64,000 nt of DNA from Candidatus Yanofskybacteria bacterium RIFCSPHIGHO2_01_FULL_41_21 (GTDB taxonomy: Bacteria; Patescibacteriota; Minisyncoccia; 2-02-FULL-40-12; GWA2-44-9), in assembly GCA_001794025.1 (NCBI GenBank), contig MGJA01000003.1:76909-140908 (forward strand). The letters are read 5' to 3'. Position numbers and translations under genes: made by a program. Positions 49,637 to 59,111 of the stretch are shown here, piece after piece. The notes beneath the pieces are model-generated. The model was not told the origin of the DNA, searched no databases, and was given only the letters and a program-made list of their open reading frames with translations. Each line of letters opens with the position of its first letter. Position 1 is the first letter of the stretch.

Positions 49637-50350
49637 ATGTCTAAAGTTATTACCATCATCCCCGCCCGGGGCGGAAGCAAAGGGGTACCAAGAAAGAACA
49701 TTAAGTCCCTGAACGGCAAACCCTTAATTGCTTATGCTATAGAAGCTGCCCTAAAATCAGGCGTTATTGACCGGGTTATTGTCTCAACTGAAGACAAAGA
49801 AATAGCCGAAGTGGCGAAGCAGTATGGGGCTGAAGTCATTAATCGTCCTGAAGATTTGGCGGGAGATAAGGTAACACTTGACCCGGTTATAAAGCAGGCC
49901 TTGGAGTTTTTGGAGACACAGGAAAATTATATTCCTGATTTTGTATCGTGTATTCAACCGACTTCCCCGTTATTGAAGTCGGAAATAGTGAAGGCGTGCG
50001 TTGGTAAAGTGGTAGATGAAGGTTTTGATTCATGTATTGCAGCTTTTTTACCCGATACATATGAATGGAAATGGAAGCCGGTATACGATGTATCGGGAAA
50101 AGAGATTTCTTTTGAACCGGAGTTTCCGGTTATGCAACGAGTTGTACGGCAGGATTTGCCCAAGGTCTATCATGAGAACGGAGCTTTTTATATCACAAAG
50201 TTATCATTATTTAAAAAAATCGGTCATCGTTGGGGCGGGAAAATGGCCGTGGTTGAAATGAGCGAAGAGGACTCCATTCAGATTGATAATCTGAATGAAT
50301 TTTGGATGATTGAACAGATTTTAAAGAGAAGACAAGGCGAAGTACAATAA
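49637..50350 (+). CDS. neuA: Acylneuraminate cytidylyltransferase, paralogue 1
   Basis: IIPARGGSKGVPRKN, QPTSP, RQDL, ENGAFY, IQID. Confidence 0.9.
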   Translation: MSKVITIIPARGGSKGVPRKNIKSLNGKPLIAYAIEAALKSGVIDRVIVSTEDKEIAEVAKQYGAEVINRPEDLAGDKVTLDPVIKQALEFLETQENYIPDFVSCIQPTSPLLKSEIVKACVGKVVDEGFDSCIAAFLPDTYEWKWKPVYDVSGKEISFEPEFPVMQRVVRQDLPKVYHENGAFYITKLSLFKKIGHRWGGKMAVVEMSEEDSIQIDNLNEFWMIEQILKRRQGEVQ

Positions 50351-50359
50351 TAATTATTT

Positions 50360-50392
50360 AAAAAAGTCCCGCCGGTGGTGTGCCGGCGGGAC
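50360..50392 (-). terminator. Intrinsic terminator
   Basis: gtcccgccgg...ccggcgggac 10-bp stem followed by T6 on the minus strand. Confidence 0.85.
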
Positions 50393-50409
50393 AAGGAAAG
50401 GTTCCAAAA

Positions 50410-52158
50410 CTACAGAGAAAGGATATCAAGTGTCCGACCGTTGTCGATACACTCTCTAACCTTAAGGAACTGATCGTTAGACATGTCACTGAAGTTGAGA
50501 GGTTCGCCCCCGACTTCAAGGACTTTTGTAGCGTCGTCCAGCTCCCGAAGATAATGGTGAAACTTTTCATCCATTACAGGATCCCATTCCACGATATTGG
50601 GATTGGTGGCAACTCGTTGGAACGACAGTCCGAACACGCGTGAAAGCTCGGCGCGGACTTTGTTGTTATTGATGAGGGTTACCCCCGGATACCAGGTCAT
50701 CGTGAACATTCGGGAGTTTACCGCTTCAGGTTTGGTTCCGAATTGCGAGTAGTACTCCATTTGCCATTGAATGAAGCGGACACTTTCTTGTACGTCTTTA
50801 ATCTTTTCAGTGGGTGAGCCGACAATCCAAGTACAATTGCCGTGGATACCGACCCGGGCTGCTTCTTGGATACCGACAATCATGGATGTAGGGAAGGAAT
50901 GCTTTCTCCCGCCGACCATAACCTCGGTGAAACCGTTGGTTAACGTGTGGCCACCTTTGCCGATGGCTTCCAGTACTTTTGCGCTGGCACTTTCGGGACC
51001 GAAGCCGATATATTTGCATCCGGCCTTGGCCATTATTTCGGCGGTGCCTTTCGTGGTTGCATTGAGACCGGCGACTTCATCAAGCCGAGTGTGGGTACCC
51101 CAGGCGACCAGGTTATTCAGATCCTTAATTCGACTAAGGGTAACCGCAAAATTGTCGTCGGGAAATCCATGAAACTTAATGTCGTAGCGTTCAATATGTT
51201 CCATGAGCTCTCGCATGATATGTCCCGCTGAACGGACACCCCAATTGCGTTCGCCTTGGGTCTTACGAAAGCAGTACTTACAACCGAACGGACAACCACG
51301 ACTGGATACCGACGTGGTTTTGGGAACCACATCTTTATCCTGCCAAGGTGCCGCAGATGAATTATTGGCGTTTGCACTCCAGGCCGGTACTTGCAGGTAC
51401 CAATCAAGGAGAGGATTGCCGTCAACATCCTCACGTAGAAGCTCGAGGTCGACGAAGGGGAGAGCGTCCAAATCTTTTGGTCGATCTCCCGCATATACGA
51501 AGCGATGTCGATCCCAAACTTTACCAATGTAGTAAGGTTCCAACTTGTCACTTGCAACAGCACTTCTCCATCCCTGTTGTTTGATGATTTTCGCATCGTG
51601 CACGATTTTGACAATGATATCGTCTCCTTCGGAATGAGCGGCCGCGTCAAGCTCGGGGATATAAAAAAACATACCCATTTTGAGCTCAGTCGCAAGACCG
51701 CCACCGGAGACAATGAACACATCGGGCAGAATGTTGCGGACCATCTTAACAACTTCTTCCTGCCACCTAAGCGTTGTGATTTTACCCGACAATGCGACGA
51801 GTTCAGGTTCGCCATGCCGAGCGATGTGACGTCGGATAAGTCCGAACGTTTCCTCTCCAGAAAGATGACGACCATGAACGAGACCTCGTTTTTTGGCGGT
51901 CTCATCTTTGATGCGATATGCATTCAGGTCAATAATCGTCGCATTGACACCGAATTCTTTACGAAGGCGGGTGACCAGAAGGAGTGGTCCTTCCGGTGTA
52001 GTGTTCGGGCGAGCTGATTCACGCAAGGGCATGTTGATGAACAAGACCTTAGCATCGGCAATTTCTCGGCGGGTGATGTTGGCGATGATATCTGCGGGGT
52101 GCGTGTGAGCACTGACCACAGGTACGAAAGGAGCGACAGGTAGAAGGGTTGTGCTCAC
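50410..52158 (-). CDS. Cobalamin-binding radical SAM protein
   Basis: N-terminal B12-binding-like segment (PEG...IDLN...VALSG...SGGGLAT...EGD), SSRGCPFGCKYC, DDNF, GFGPES; GTG 52158 has GAGG 5 nt upstream. Confidence 0.82.
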   Translation of the reverse strand: MSTTLLPVAPFVPVVSAHTHPADIIANITRREIADAKVLFINMPLRESARPNTTPEGPLLLVTRLRKEFGVNATIIDLNAYRIKDETAKKRGLVHGRHLSGEETFGLIRRHIARHGEPELVALSGKITTLRWQEEVVKMVRNILPDVFIVSGGGLATELKMGMFFYIPELDAAAHSEGDDIIVKIVHDAKIIKQQGWRSAVASDKLEPYYIGKVWDRHRFVYAGDRPKDLDALPFVDLELLREDVDGNPLLDWYLQVPAWSANANNSSAAPWQDKDVVPKTTSVSSRGCPFGCKYCFRKTQGERNWGVRSAGHIMRELMEHIERYDIKFHGFPDDNFAVTLSRIKDLNNLVAWGTHTRLDEVAGLNATTKGTAEIMAKAGCKYIGFGPESASAKVLEAIGKGGHTLTNGFTEVMVGGRKHSFPTSMIVGIQEAARVGIHGNCTWIVGSPTEKIKDVQESVRFIQWQMEYYSQFGTKPEAVNSRMFTMTWYPGVTLINNNKVRAELSRVFGLSFQRVATNPNIVEWDPVMDEKFHHYLRELDDATKVLEVGGEPLNFSDMSNDQFLKVRECIDNGRTLDILSL

Positions 52159-52313
52159 AGTAACCTCACTTTCTTTGAGTTTTAAAGGGACTATTCCCGA
52201 AGCAATTATCATACCAGAAAATTAATTAAAATCAAGTTATTTCTTGACGTAATCAATTTTTTATATTACTTTATTACACGAATGTCCCTTGAAAACTTAT
52301 AAGGAGAATGTTG

Positions 52314-53030
52314 ATGTCTAAGCATAGAATCGTGACCATCATCCCCGCCCGGGGCGGAAGCAAAGGAGTGCCAAGAAAAAACATCAAGCTTTTGAACGGT
52401 AAACCCTTAATTGCTTATACCATTGAGGCCTCCCTAAAATCAGGCGTTATTGATAGAGTCATTGTTTCAACGGAAGACAAAGAAATAGCCGAAGTCGCAA
52501 AACAATATGGCGCTGAAGTCATTGTGAGACCTTCTGAGCTCGCTCAGGATCACTCATTGACCGACCCAGTCATGTTGCATGCGTTGGAAGAGTTAGAGAA
52601 ATCAGGGTACTATCCCGATTTAATTTCTCTGATTCAACCGACGTCACCGCTCTTGAACGCAGAATCGATTAAGATTGCGGTTGAAGCGGTTATCCAAAGG
52701 AATTTTGATTCATGTTTTACCGCTTTTTTGCCGGGAGGGTATGAGTTCAAATGGAGACATGTTGAAAAAGGAATTTTTGAACGTGCGGATTATCCATTGG
52801 AAAAAACTCCTCGCCGTCAGGATTTGCCAAAAATCTACCATGAAAATGGTGCATTCTACATAACTCGGACCGACCTTTTCAAGAGAACGGTAAATCGCCT
52901 TGGGGGAAGCAACGCTCGAATCTCTCTGGTTGAGATGAACCTAGAGGATTCTCTTCAGATTGATACTGTCTACGACTTCTGGCTTATTGACCAGATTTTA
53001 AGGAAAAGAGAGGAAGAAAACAGTGACTAA
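52314..53030 (+). CDS. neuA: Acylneuraminate cytidylyltransferase, paralogue 2
   Basis: IIPARGGSKGVPRKN, QPTSP, RRQDL, ENGAFY; AAGGAG 7 nt upstream of ATG 52314. Confidence 0.9.
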   Translation: MSKHRIVTIIPARGGSKGVPRKNIKLLNGKPLIAYTIEASLKSGVIDRVIVSTEDKEIAEVAKQYGAEVIVRPSELAQDHSLTDPVMLHALEELEKSGYYPDLISLIQPTSPLLNAESIKIAVEAVIQRNFDSCFTAFLPGGYEFKWRHVEKGIFERADYPLEKTPRRQDLPKIYHENGAFYITRTDLFKRTVNRLGGSNARISLVEMNLEDSLQIDTVYDFWLIDQILRKREEENSD

Positions 53031-54213
53031 AAAAGTAGAAGATATGCCCGGTACTCCGCCTCATCAGAAAAAAGCATTTTCTTGTAAGAGATACAGAGAA
53101 AATATCACCCCAGTTTCAATCCGAAAGCTTATTGTTTTGGTGGAATTGGAGAAACAAAATAGACGGTCTCCGTATTCAGAAAAGGTCCTGGCCGGTGTAA
53201 TTGATTTTCTTCTGAATACCGATTTTCATAATCTTGAAGGTCGGGGAATGAAGAAATCTTTTGCCAGGACCGAGCTTGAAACAGCCGTTTCTTACCTGGA
53301 TGAAAATCTTACTATCCAGTACCTGGTCTATCGGTACAAGTTTGCCGTCTATTCGGTAAATAGGATTGTGAATGATTTTCCTATTGTCTTGGCCATTGAA
53401 CCGACCAGTTTGTGTAATCTCAAATGTACGATGTGCTTTCAAGCGGATAGGTCGTTTTTCACATCCAAACCTCTGATGGGGTTTATGGATATGGATTTGT
53501 ACCGTCGTATAATTGATGAGGCCAATGAACATCAGTTGTGTTCTATTGTTTTGGCGAGTAGAGGTGAGCCCATGCTTCACAAAAACCTCGCCGAGATGAT
53601 TAGGTATGCAAACCGAAAAAGAATCATTGATGTCAAACTCAATACCAACGCGACTCGTCTTACGGAAGAAAAAAGTAGGGAGTTGCTTGAAGCAGAACCA
53701 AAGACCCTCGTTTTTTCCGTAGATGCTGGCAACAAGGAAGAGTTTGAAGCCATTCGGGTTGGAGCTGATTTTGATAAGGTTGTTCAGAACATCACCAGAT
53801 TCAATGATATTCGGGCGAAAGAATTTTCTCACTCTCAAACGAGAACCAGGATCTCAATGACCGTTTTTCGCGCCACTCAAGATGTCAAAGAAGCCGAAAA
53901 TTGCTGGTCTGGGTTGGTGGATGAATTTGCGGTTAATCCTTCCGACTATCGGTTGGATATTTACGAGCATCCGCCCCTGCCGGACGAAACTAAGGCCTGC
54001 AGTTTGTTGTGGGAACGACTCTATATCTGGTGGGACGGGAAAGTAAATCCTTGCGATATTGACTACAAGTCATGTCTGCACTTGGGTACTGTTGACGAGA
54101 ATACATCAGTGCAGTCCATTTGGCTCGGCGAGAAAATGCAATCCTTGCGGAAGAGCCATAGTGAAGGACGCAAGAATGACAATTACCCGTGTAGCCAGTG
54201 CTACGGATCCTAG
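53023..54213 (+). CDS. Radical SAM protein with SPASM/twitch domain
   Basis: IEPTSLCNLKCTMC, RGEPMLH, NTNA, C..LW...I.WDG.VNPC, PCSQC. Confidence 0.88.
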   Translation: MTKKVEDMPGTPPHQKKAFSCKRYRENITPVSIRKLIVLVELEKQNRRSPYSEKVLAGVIDFLLNTDFHNLEGRGMKKSFARTELETAVSYLDENLTIQYLVYRYKFAVYSVNRIVNDFPIVLAIEPTSLCNLKCTMCFQADRSFFTSKPLMGFMDMDLYRRIIDEANEHQLCSIVLASRGEPMLHKNLAEMIRYANRKRIIDVKLNTNATRLTEEKSRELLEAEPKTLVFSVDAGNKEEFEAIRVGADFDKVVQNITRFNDIRAKEFSHSQTRTRISMTVFRATQDVKEAENCWSGLVDEFAVNPSDYRLDIYEHPPLPDETKACSLLWERLYIWWDGKVNPCDIDYKSCLHLGTVDENTSVQSIWLGEKMQSLRKSHSEGRKNDNYPCSQCYGS

Positions 54214-54222
54214 GGGGTTATT

Positions 54223-55239
54223 GTGAGTAAACATTATCACGGAGTATTGTGGATAGGATTTGGGAGTTTCGCTAAACGACTCCTGCCTTATGTAGAGGAA
54301 TATCCCGGTGTCAGGATAAAAACGTATTTTCATCCCGACCGGGAAGAAGCGATAAAAAGGTTCGGCTCTAAGGCCAGCTGGGATATCGATGAGGCGATGG
54401 CCGATCCGGAGATTACTACGGTGTTTATCACGACACCAAACGATCTTCATTCCGAGTTTATCAAGTCCGCTCTTCTGGCCCGGAAACATGTGTTTGTGGA
54501 AAAACCGATAACCGCTTTCTACAGAGAAGCTGTTCAACTTTTGCCCACTATTCGTGCCAGTAAGTCGGTTTTGGCCGTGGGTCATCACATGAGACGCGAA
54601 GCCACTATCAGAAAAGCAAAGGATATTATTTCCGAGGGTGGTATCGGAAGAATTGTCAGCGTATATGCCAATCATTCTACTGGGTTCGCCTTTAATATGG
54701 ATAAGACCAACTGGCGGTTTTTCTCTTCCCGACATCGGGAAGGGCCGTTATTGACGGTTGGCGTCCATCTTGTGGAAGTATTGCATTACCTTTTGGGTCT
54801 GGTGGACTCTGTGTCGGCCGTGATAAAAAATCGTTCACTTCGGACGGATGCTCCGGATTCTAACGCGGTATTGTTGAGTTTCAAGGGTGGCGCTTCTGCT
54901 TTCCTTGAATCCAACTACAGCGTGTTATCCGAAAGCATGTTCCATATTCACGGTACGGAAGGTACGATTTATATAGATCGGGGGCAGTTACGGTTGCGTG
55001 TGGGACGCGATGTGGATAGGATTCCCACTGTTCCCTGTCTGATTCCATTGAACCCAGTCAATCCGTTTAAGGAAGAGATTGACGAATTTTTTGATGTAAT
55101 TGAAGCGAAAAAATCCACACCAGAAACCGGCTATCAAGAAGCCGTAAACGCTTTAGCGGTAATCGAGGCCTGTTACCGAAGTTCTTTGAAAGAAAAGATT
55201 GTAAGTATGAAATCTTTTCGAGGGTACTATTCCAAATGA
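54223..55239 (+). CDS. Gfo/Idh/MocA oxidoreductase
   Basis: IGFGSF, TTPNDLH, HVFVEKP, GHHMR, VGVH. Confidence 0.85.
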   Translation: MSKHYHGVLWIGFGSFAKRLLPYVEEYPGVRIKTYFHPDREEAIKRFGSKASWDIDEAMADPEITTVFITTPNDLHSEFIKSALLARKHVFVEKPITAFYREAVQLLPTIRASKSVLAVGHHMRREATIRKAKDIISEGGIGRIVSVYANHSTGFAFNMDKTNWRFFSSRHREGPLLTVGVHLVEVLHYLLGLVDSVSAVIKNRSLRTDAPDSNAVLLSFKGGASAFLESNYSVLSESMFHIHGTEGTIYIDRGQLRLRVGRDVDRIPTVPCLIPLNPVNPFKEEIDEFFDVIEAKKSTPETGYQEAVNALAVIEACYRSSLKEKIVSMKSFRGYYSK

Positions 55240-55272
55240 CCAACCGTCGGTTACACCGATGGTTGGTCATTT
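55234..55272. terminator. Long hairpin between convergent genes, probable bidirectional terminator
   Basis: aaatgaccaaccgtcgg-ttaca-ccgatggttggtcattt. Confidence 0.7.
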
Positions 55273-55304
55273 ATTTATTTTATAGCATGGATACCCCAAC
55301 AACC

Positions 55305-56588
55305 TTAGGTTCTATGTTTTCTAATCTCGGTCTCCAATAAATAGAAATTGTGAATTATGTTAACGATATAAACTATTAATATAGAAGCAATCACTCCCCA
55401 TATTCCATATAATCTGCCGAGAACTATATAGAGAGTTATTTTAATAATACTGGCACCTAAACTACTGTAATATAAAGGACGAACCATTTTATGGGCGCTA
55501 AAAATTCCGCTTATGTAATTGGCTGGAAGAGCAAATATCAGTGTAAGAGAAAAAACCTGTGAAAAGGTTATGGCATCCAAATATTTAGGCAGGAAAATTT
55601 TATAAAAAATCGGGGACAAGAGAATGTATGTGGCACTCATTAATGTTCCGATTAACATTCCTTGAAATACTCTCTTGTAAAAACTTTTATGGATATCCTC
55701 AAATGTTTTTTCAGCCAGTTTTGGCATTATCATAACGCCTAAATTTTTTACATATCCCCGTATCCTTTCCGGAATTGCCAGAGCCAAACCATATACCGCC
55801 AACTCAATAGCCCCCAGATAATGGAAAATTACAAGCTTATCAACGTATTGGGCTATACCGGATAAGACGTGCATGAAACTTAGGTGTCCAGTGTAGGTAA
55901 GGAGTTCTGTTTTTTGTTTTTCTTCTAGAATGATTTCGGACTTATGTAATTTAAGGGTTCTAAAATAAAAAAACAAAGTTGGACCAAGAATTGAAAGCGC
56001 ATAGGTTATAACTAAAGTAAATATATCATTCGTAAGTAGTGCCACTGTTATCAAAGATATTATTTGAATGGAGGAAGAAATGGTTCCATAGATTGAGCCT
56101 CTTTTGAAGTCCTTTTTTCCGGTCAAAAAAGCGCCGTAAGTATTAAAAGTGGTAGCCAGAGGAAAGGTAATTCCTAAAACAAATAAACATTTAGCTAATA
56201 GATTATTGCTGTTAAGAAAATAGTAGACGGATAATCCGGTTAAGACCGCTGAGAATATGAAGTTCCATTTAAGTTGAATTTTGACCGCATAGGAGAGTAT
56301 AGACGAAGAACCAGATTTTGCGGTGGCTTGGGCAACGGCATCATTCATGCCCGTAAGAGTAAGAAAAGAAAATGCGCCAGCTAAAGATAAAATGTATTTA
56401 TACGTGCCGTATGTTTCTTTCGGTAAAAAATTAGCAAAAACAATGACTTGAACCAAGCCAAGGATAGAACTTAAAAAAAATGCTGCCGTCAACCAAAAGC
56501 CACCCCGGGCAAGATAGAGAGTGTCAACATGCAGGTATTCTTGCAATTTAATAAGTGAGTTTTTGATTTTTTGTTTGACAGAAAACAT
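55305..56588 (-). CDS. Wzx-like polysaccharide flippase
   Basis: About 12 TMs, YGTYKY, DKLVIFHYLG. Confidence 0.8.
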   Translation of the reverse strand: MFSVKQKIKNSLIKLQEYLHVDTLYLARGGFWLTAAFFLSSILGLVQVIVFANFLPKETYGTYKYILSLAGAFSFLTLTGMNDAVAQATAKSGSSSILSYAVKIQLKWNFIFSAVLTGLSVYYFLNSNNLLAKCLFVLGITFPLATTFNTYGAFLTGKKDFKRGSIYGTISSSIQIISLITVALLTNDIFTLVITYALSILGPTLFFYFRTLKLHKSEIILEEKQKTELLTYTGHLSFMHVLSGIAQYVDKLVIFHYLGAIELAVYGLALAIPERIRGYVKNLGVMIMPKLAEKTFEDIHKSFYKRVFQGMLIGTLMSATYILLSPIFYKIFLPKYLDAITFSQVFSLTLIFALPANYISGIFSAHKMVRPLYYSSLGASIIKITLYIVLGRLYGIWGVIASILIVYIVNIIHNFYLLETEIRKHRT

Positions 56589-56780
56589 GTCCCGGAAATA
56601 TTTATATCTCGTAATACATATAGTAACGATTTTTTGTTTTTAAATAAACACCCAGTTTCTTTAATTAAGGATAGTTTACAATATAATATAAATATCAATA
56701 TGTCAATATTGATTTAATCTTTAAAAAGTTTATTATATGGACGGTTCTTTGGCAACGATGTTTCATTAAGGAGAAGATAC

Positions 56781-57647
56781 ATGGCAAAAGTGATGATTGG
56801 GAAGACGTTGGTTGGGTCTACCAAACCATGTTTCGTGGTTGCCGAAATCGGCATTAACCACAACGGCAGTTTGGAAATCGCCAAGAAACTGATTGATATG
56901 GCGGTCGAGGCGGGATGCGATGCCGTCAAGTTTCAGAAGCGGACCATTGACGTGGTCTACACGGCCGCGGAGCTTGCCAAGCCAAGGGAAAGCATTTTCG
57001 GTGAAACAAACGGTGATTTGAAACGCGGTCTTGAATTTGGTCGCAAACAGTACGAAGCGATTGATGCCTATTGTCGGGCAAAAGATATCTTGTGGTTCGC
57101 GTCCTGCTGGGATGAAGACAGCGTCAGTTTCATCCGGCAGTTTGATCCGCCATGCTACAAGATTGCGTCGGCATCGTTAACGGATGATGACTTGCTCGCG
57201 TATACTCGTGATCAAGGTAAGCCCATTATCCTTTCCACGGGGATGAGTACTCTTGAAGAGATTTACCACGCTGTCCGTATTTTGGGACGTAGTGAACTCG
57301 TGATTCTCCATGCGGTATCAACCTACCCATCGGAGGACAGAGACACAAATCTCAAAGTCATGGGCACGTTGCGTAAGAATTTCCCCGGAGTGCCTATCGG
57401 ATACAGTGGTCACGAGAAAGGAATTTCTCTGACCCTTGCAGCCGTGGTTATGGGAGCATGCATGGTTGAACGCCACATCACGTTGGAGAGAATGATGTGG
57501 GGTTCTGATCACTCCGCCAGTTTGGAACCCGAGGGGCTCAAAAAAGTTGTTCGGGACATTCGGAAGTTTGAATTGGCCCGAGGTGATGGGGTCAAGCGAG
57601 TTCTGCCGGCAGAACTTCCGATTAAGAATAAGCTCAGGAGGAAGTAA
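56781..57647 (+). CDS. neuB: N-acetylneuraminate synthase family, lacking the C-terminal SAF/antifreeze domain
   Basis: AEIGINHNG, DAVKFQ, YKIAS, LSTGMS, GYSGHE, VERHITL, GSDHSASLEP; AAGGAG RBS. Confidence 0.92.
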   Translation: MAKVMIGKTLVGSTKPCFVVAEIGINHNGSLEIAKKLIDMAVEAGCDAVKFQKRTIDVVYTAAELAKPRESIFGETNGDLKRGLEFGRKQYEAIDAYCRAKDILWFASCWDEDSVSFIRQFDPPCYKIASASLTDDDLLAYTRDQGKPIILSTGMSTLEEIYHAVRILGRSELVILHAVSTYPSEDRDTNLKVMGTLRKNFPGVPIGYSGHEKGISLTLAAVVMGACMVERHITLERMMWGSDHSASLEPEGLKKVVRDIRKFELARGDGVKRVLPAELPIKNKLRRK

Positions 57648-57658
57648 CTCTTTGATTT

Positions 57659-57687
57659 GGGCCCCGCGGTGGGGCCCTCTTTTTTTT
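57659..57687 (+). terminator. Intrinsic terminator
   Basis: GGGCCCC-gcggt-GGGGCCC followed by TC-T8. Confidence 0.85.
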
Positions 57688-57740
57688 GATTAATTTCCTA
57701 TATTAGATATGATGTATCTAACTATAGTTATACCAAAGTT

Positions 57741-59072
57741 ATGTCCTTACGGCTTTCATTTATAAGAGAACAGGTAATATATTTTCGTCAGCATTGGTTT
57801 GTTAAGAATTTGGCCATCTTACAGGTGGGGAATTTTAGTAATACGTTTATTCAAGGATTAACAGGTATTATTATTGCGCGGTTACTTCAGCCGGAACTAT
57901 TTGGTGTTTATGCTATTTCGTTTAGTTTAGCGGGTTTACTTGTTTTGGTAGTGAGTTTTGGCATCCAAGATACAGGTGCGACTATTGTCAGCGGGACTTA
58001 TGCTCACGAAGAACATAAAGGGACCAGAGAGGCCTTTATGTTTCTGGGCCGAATGGTGTCTCTTATTGCTGTTCTTTCAATCATTGTCACGCTTATCGCT
58101 CCGTCGTTAGCCGGAAAAATTTATCACAATCCATTGATTGGTTGGTATGCCGGTATTTTGGTGATGGCGTCATTTATATCCAATACTTTTTTGAATTTTT
58201 CAGCTTTAGCGTATCTGGTGCTAGGAAAGGTAAAGCAAATGACCCTGCTCACTTTTACCGATCAGACATTACGCAACGTTTTATCCGTTTTGTTAATTGT
58301 TGGTGGTCTAGGGATTACCGGTGCCATGAGCGGTCACTTATTTGGAGCGGTCATTATGTTGATTGTTTCAATAATTCTTTGGGAACGTCTTCGTAGAGAA
58401 CATTCAATATTTCCTTCAGTCAGAGAATTTTTTACGCGATCCGCTGGTCTCCAAGTGAGAAAACACATTAGTTTTAGTGCTTGGGTGGCTCTGGACAAGA
58501 ATATTGCCACCCTTTTTAATCTGTTGCCGGTATTAATGGTAGCACTATATGTTTCTGCAACCGATGTGGGTTATTTTAAAATTTCTTTGGCCTATGTAAA
58601 TTTAGTTATTGGTCTGATGGGTCCCATATCCACTCTTTTAAATGTAGAATTACCGCGAATGCGCGAAGAGAATCCTGAGACCCTACGGAAAAATTTTATC
58701 CGTGTCTCCTTGTATTCATTAATGTTTTCGGTATTACTAACAGTCGGAGCTTTAATTGTATCGCCTTTTGCTCTTCGGATTTTATATGGTGTTAATTTTG
58801 TCCCGGGGGTTAAATATATTCTAGGGTTAGGAGTTTATGGGGCATTTTTGGGTATTGGAGTTGGTCTTGGTTCAATGTGGCGGGCAATTAATAAAGTGAA
58901 AATTTCCATACTTATTAACACAATAACACTGGGTATAGGTATACCTGGAGGACTCTTTTTGATTAAACACTTTGGTGTGTGGGGGGCGGTGATTATGGTA
59001 AGTGTCTGGTTTACGGTTTCCCATTTTGTCTCCTTCTTTTATATTTTAAGATATACGCGCCTTGTGAAATAA
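57741..59072 (+). CDS. Wzx-like polysaccharide flippase
   Basis: ARLLQPELFGVY, about 12 TMs, VGYFK. Confidence 0.82.
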   Translation: MSLRLSFIREQVIYFRQHWFVKNLAILQVGNFSNTFIQGLTGIIIARLLQPELFGVYAISFSLAGLLVLVVSFGIQDTGATIVSGTYAHEEHKGTREAFMFLGRMVSLIAVLSIIVTLIAPSLAGKIYHNPLIGWYAGILVMASFISNTFLNFSALAYLVLGKVKQMTLLTFTDQTLRNVLSVLLIVGGLGITGAMSGHLFGAVIMLIVSIILWERLRREHSIFPSVREFFTRSAGLQVRKHISFSAWVALDKNIATLFNLLPVLMVALYVSATDVGYFKISLAYVNLVIGLMGPISTLLNVELPRMREENPETLRKNFIRVSLYSLMFSVLLTVGALIVSPFALRILYGVNFVPGVKYILGLGVYGAFLGIGVGLGSMWRAINKVKISILINTITLGIGIPGGLFLIKHFGVWGAVIMVSVWFTVSHFVSFFYILRYTRLVK

Positions 59073-59111
59073 TGTTTGCCAGTCACAGTTTTTTGCGATA
59101 ATATAATAATA

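Noticed and set aside
50380-52112. Many overlapping ORFs, including a 268-aa alternate frame (51117..51923), within the radical SAM gene
   Set aside because: Shadow ORFs expected in a GC-richer gene; no recognisable motifs, while the main frame has clear ones.
54106-54735. 209-aa antisense ORF (and similar ones such as 24680..25162 and 53176..53838)
   Set aside because: They lie antisense to well-supported genes and show no motifs.
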